DNA of 10,000 nucleotides from contig JBECUI020000071.1 of the NCBI GenBank assembly GCA_040954595.2, forward strand, positions 1 through 10,000, in the 5' to 3' direction. The translations under genes and the position numbers were made by a program. Shown here piece after piece: positions 8,705-10,000 of the stretch. Below the pieces are notes generated by a model. It saw only the letters and a program-made list of their open reading frames with translations. It ran no database searches and was not told the origin of the DNA. This DNA comes from Balanoglossus misakiensis (taxonomy: Eukaryota > Animalia > Hemichordata). Each line of letters begins with the position of its first letter. Within the stretch, counting starts at the first letter, position 1.

Positions 8705-10000
8705 GATACTAATCGCGATGTAATCAAGTTTAAAAAACGTTTAGTATCATTGGATCTCGTCCAGCCTGTAACCTGCCCGACGCATGAAAGGAGTCACACA
8801 CTTGATCTGGTTATATCACATTCATCGCAAAATCTCGTTAAGGATTTTGAATTGGACAGTAGCCTACCATCGGATCATAGTTTGGTTAATTTTGCATTTC
8901 GTTTGACTAGACCTCACACCAGGAAGATCAAAGCTGTTAGTCGGAAAATAACTAATATTGACTGCAATCAAGTGATGTCATGTATGAGTGACAATCCTCT
9001 CTCTACACTGGAAGGCGCATCTGTGGATATGTTGCTTCAGGATTATACTATCACTTTGTCCAGGGTATTTGATACTGTCGCCCCACCAACAACGAAAGTT
9101 GTCAACGACAAACCACGTGCACCTTGGTTCTGTGGCAAAATTCGTGATCTTCAAAAGGAAGTCAGAAAATTACAACGTCACTATCTGGAATGTAAATCCC
9201 CTGGAGATAAATAAACAAATCTTCCAAGCTAAACGCTCTGCTCATAATCTACTCGTCAACAACACCAGATCTGCCTACTATCGTTCAAAGATTGAAAACT
9301 CTGATCAACGTAAGTTATTCTCTATCATCGACGATATCATGGGTGAGAAATCATCATCGGCCCTGATTCTGCCACGTCATTGCGACTCCAAGGTTCTGGC
9401 TGAAGAGTTTTCGGACTTTTTCTTGAAGAAAGTGATGAAGATCAGAGAGTTACTGGATTCCACAAGTGGGGTACAAGAATTTTATGACTGGGGTCCAACA
9501 TTTAATAATTTCATGTGTTTCAGAGCAATATGTCTCTTAGTTAATCAAATCAATGAATTCCAAATCTTGTAAACATGACCCAATCCCGACTTCTTTGCTG
9601 AAAATGTGCCTTCCATATATCAACACGTATCACAGACATAGTAAATAAGTCATTTATTTCTGGTGTTTTTCCGCAGTGTCTAAAACATGCCATAGTTAGA
9701 ACTTCACTGAAGATGCATGGATTGGATCAAGATAAATTGAAAAACTTTCGACCTGTATCAAATCTTCGTTTATTGGTAAAGTCATTGAAAGGATAGCAGT
9801 AGATCAACTACATCATCATTTAACAAGGTCTCAGCTGTATTGCAAATTTCAATCTGCTTATCGAGAATTCCATAGCACAGAAACGGCTTTGCTAAAGGTA
9901 CATAACGACATTGTAATTTCTATTGATAGTCATTCAGAAGTGATTCTTGTTCTTTTAGACTTGAGTGCTGCGTTTGATACCATTGACCATGACATTCTTT
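8705..10000 (+). mobile_element. L2-clade LINE ORF2 pseudogene, segment 3: end of endonuclease, linker and N-terminal RT; continues beyond the window
   Basis: PTHERSHTLDLVI and SDH (APE C-terminal motifs), APWF, then across frameshifts KSCKHDPIPTSLLK, NFRPVSNL, QSAYREFHSTETALLKVHNDI and LLDLSAAFDTIDH (9952-9990), wording typical of L2-clade RT. Confidence 0.93.

Noticed and set aside
7544-8723. ORFs 7544-7768 (-), 8049-8291 (+) and 8481-8723 (+)
   Set aside because: Off-frame or antisense shadows of the minus-strand LINE ORF2.
8657-9214. 185-aa ORF as an independent or chimeric gene
   Set aside because: Its first ~15 codons are antisense sequence of the inserted LINE running by chance into the L2 frame; the remainder is L2 endonuclease/linker ending at a frameshift.

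Overview
Eukaryotic, AT-rich repeat-dense DNA (looks like an invertebrate animal genome) with no host gene I can support. 1-~3060 is a compound satellite: degenerate (CAT)n tracts punctuated eight times by a TTACCTCCATAC-CTAC-(AAAC)n module, almost free of G on the + strand. It is followed by a short L1/Tx1-type zinc-knuckle remnant with a fold-back hairpin at its left edge, then ~1.7 kb of mostly unassignable non-coding DNA. From ~5080 to the window end lies one decayed L2-clade LINE (APE endonuclease + RT, + strand). Its endonuclease domain is split by two later insertions: a structurally complete DINE-1/HINE-type non-autonomous Helentron carrying ~3 copies of a 238-239 bp repeat (~5440-6695), and a 5'-truncated antisense Crack/CR1-group LINE with a (CTAT)n tail (6807-8699). 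Removing both insertions restores the L2 reading frame at both junctions. I see no convincing novel protein-coding system; the G-less modular satellite is the least explained feature.
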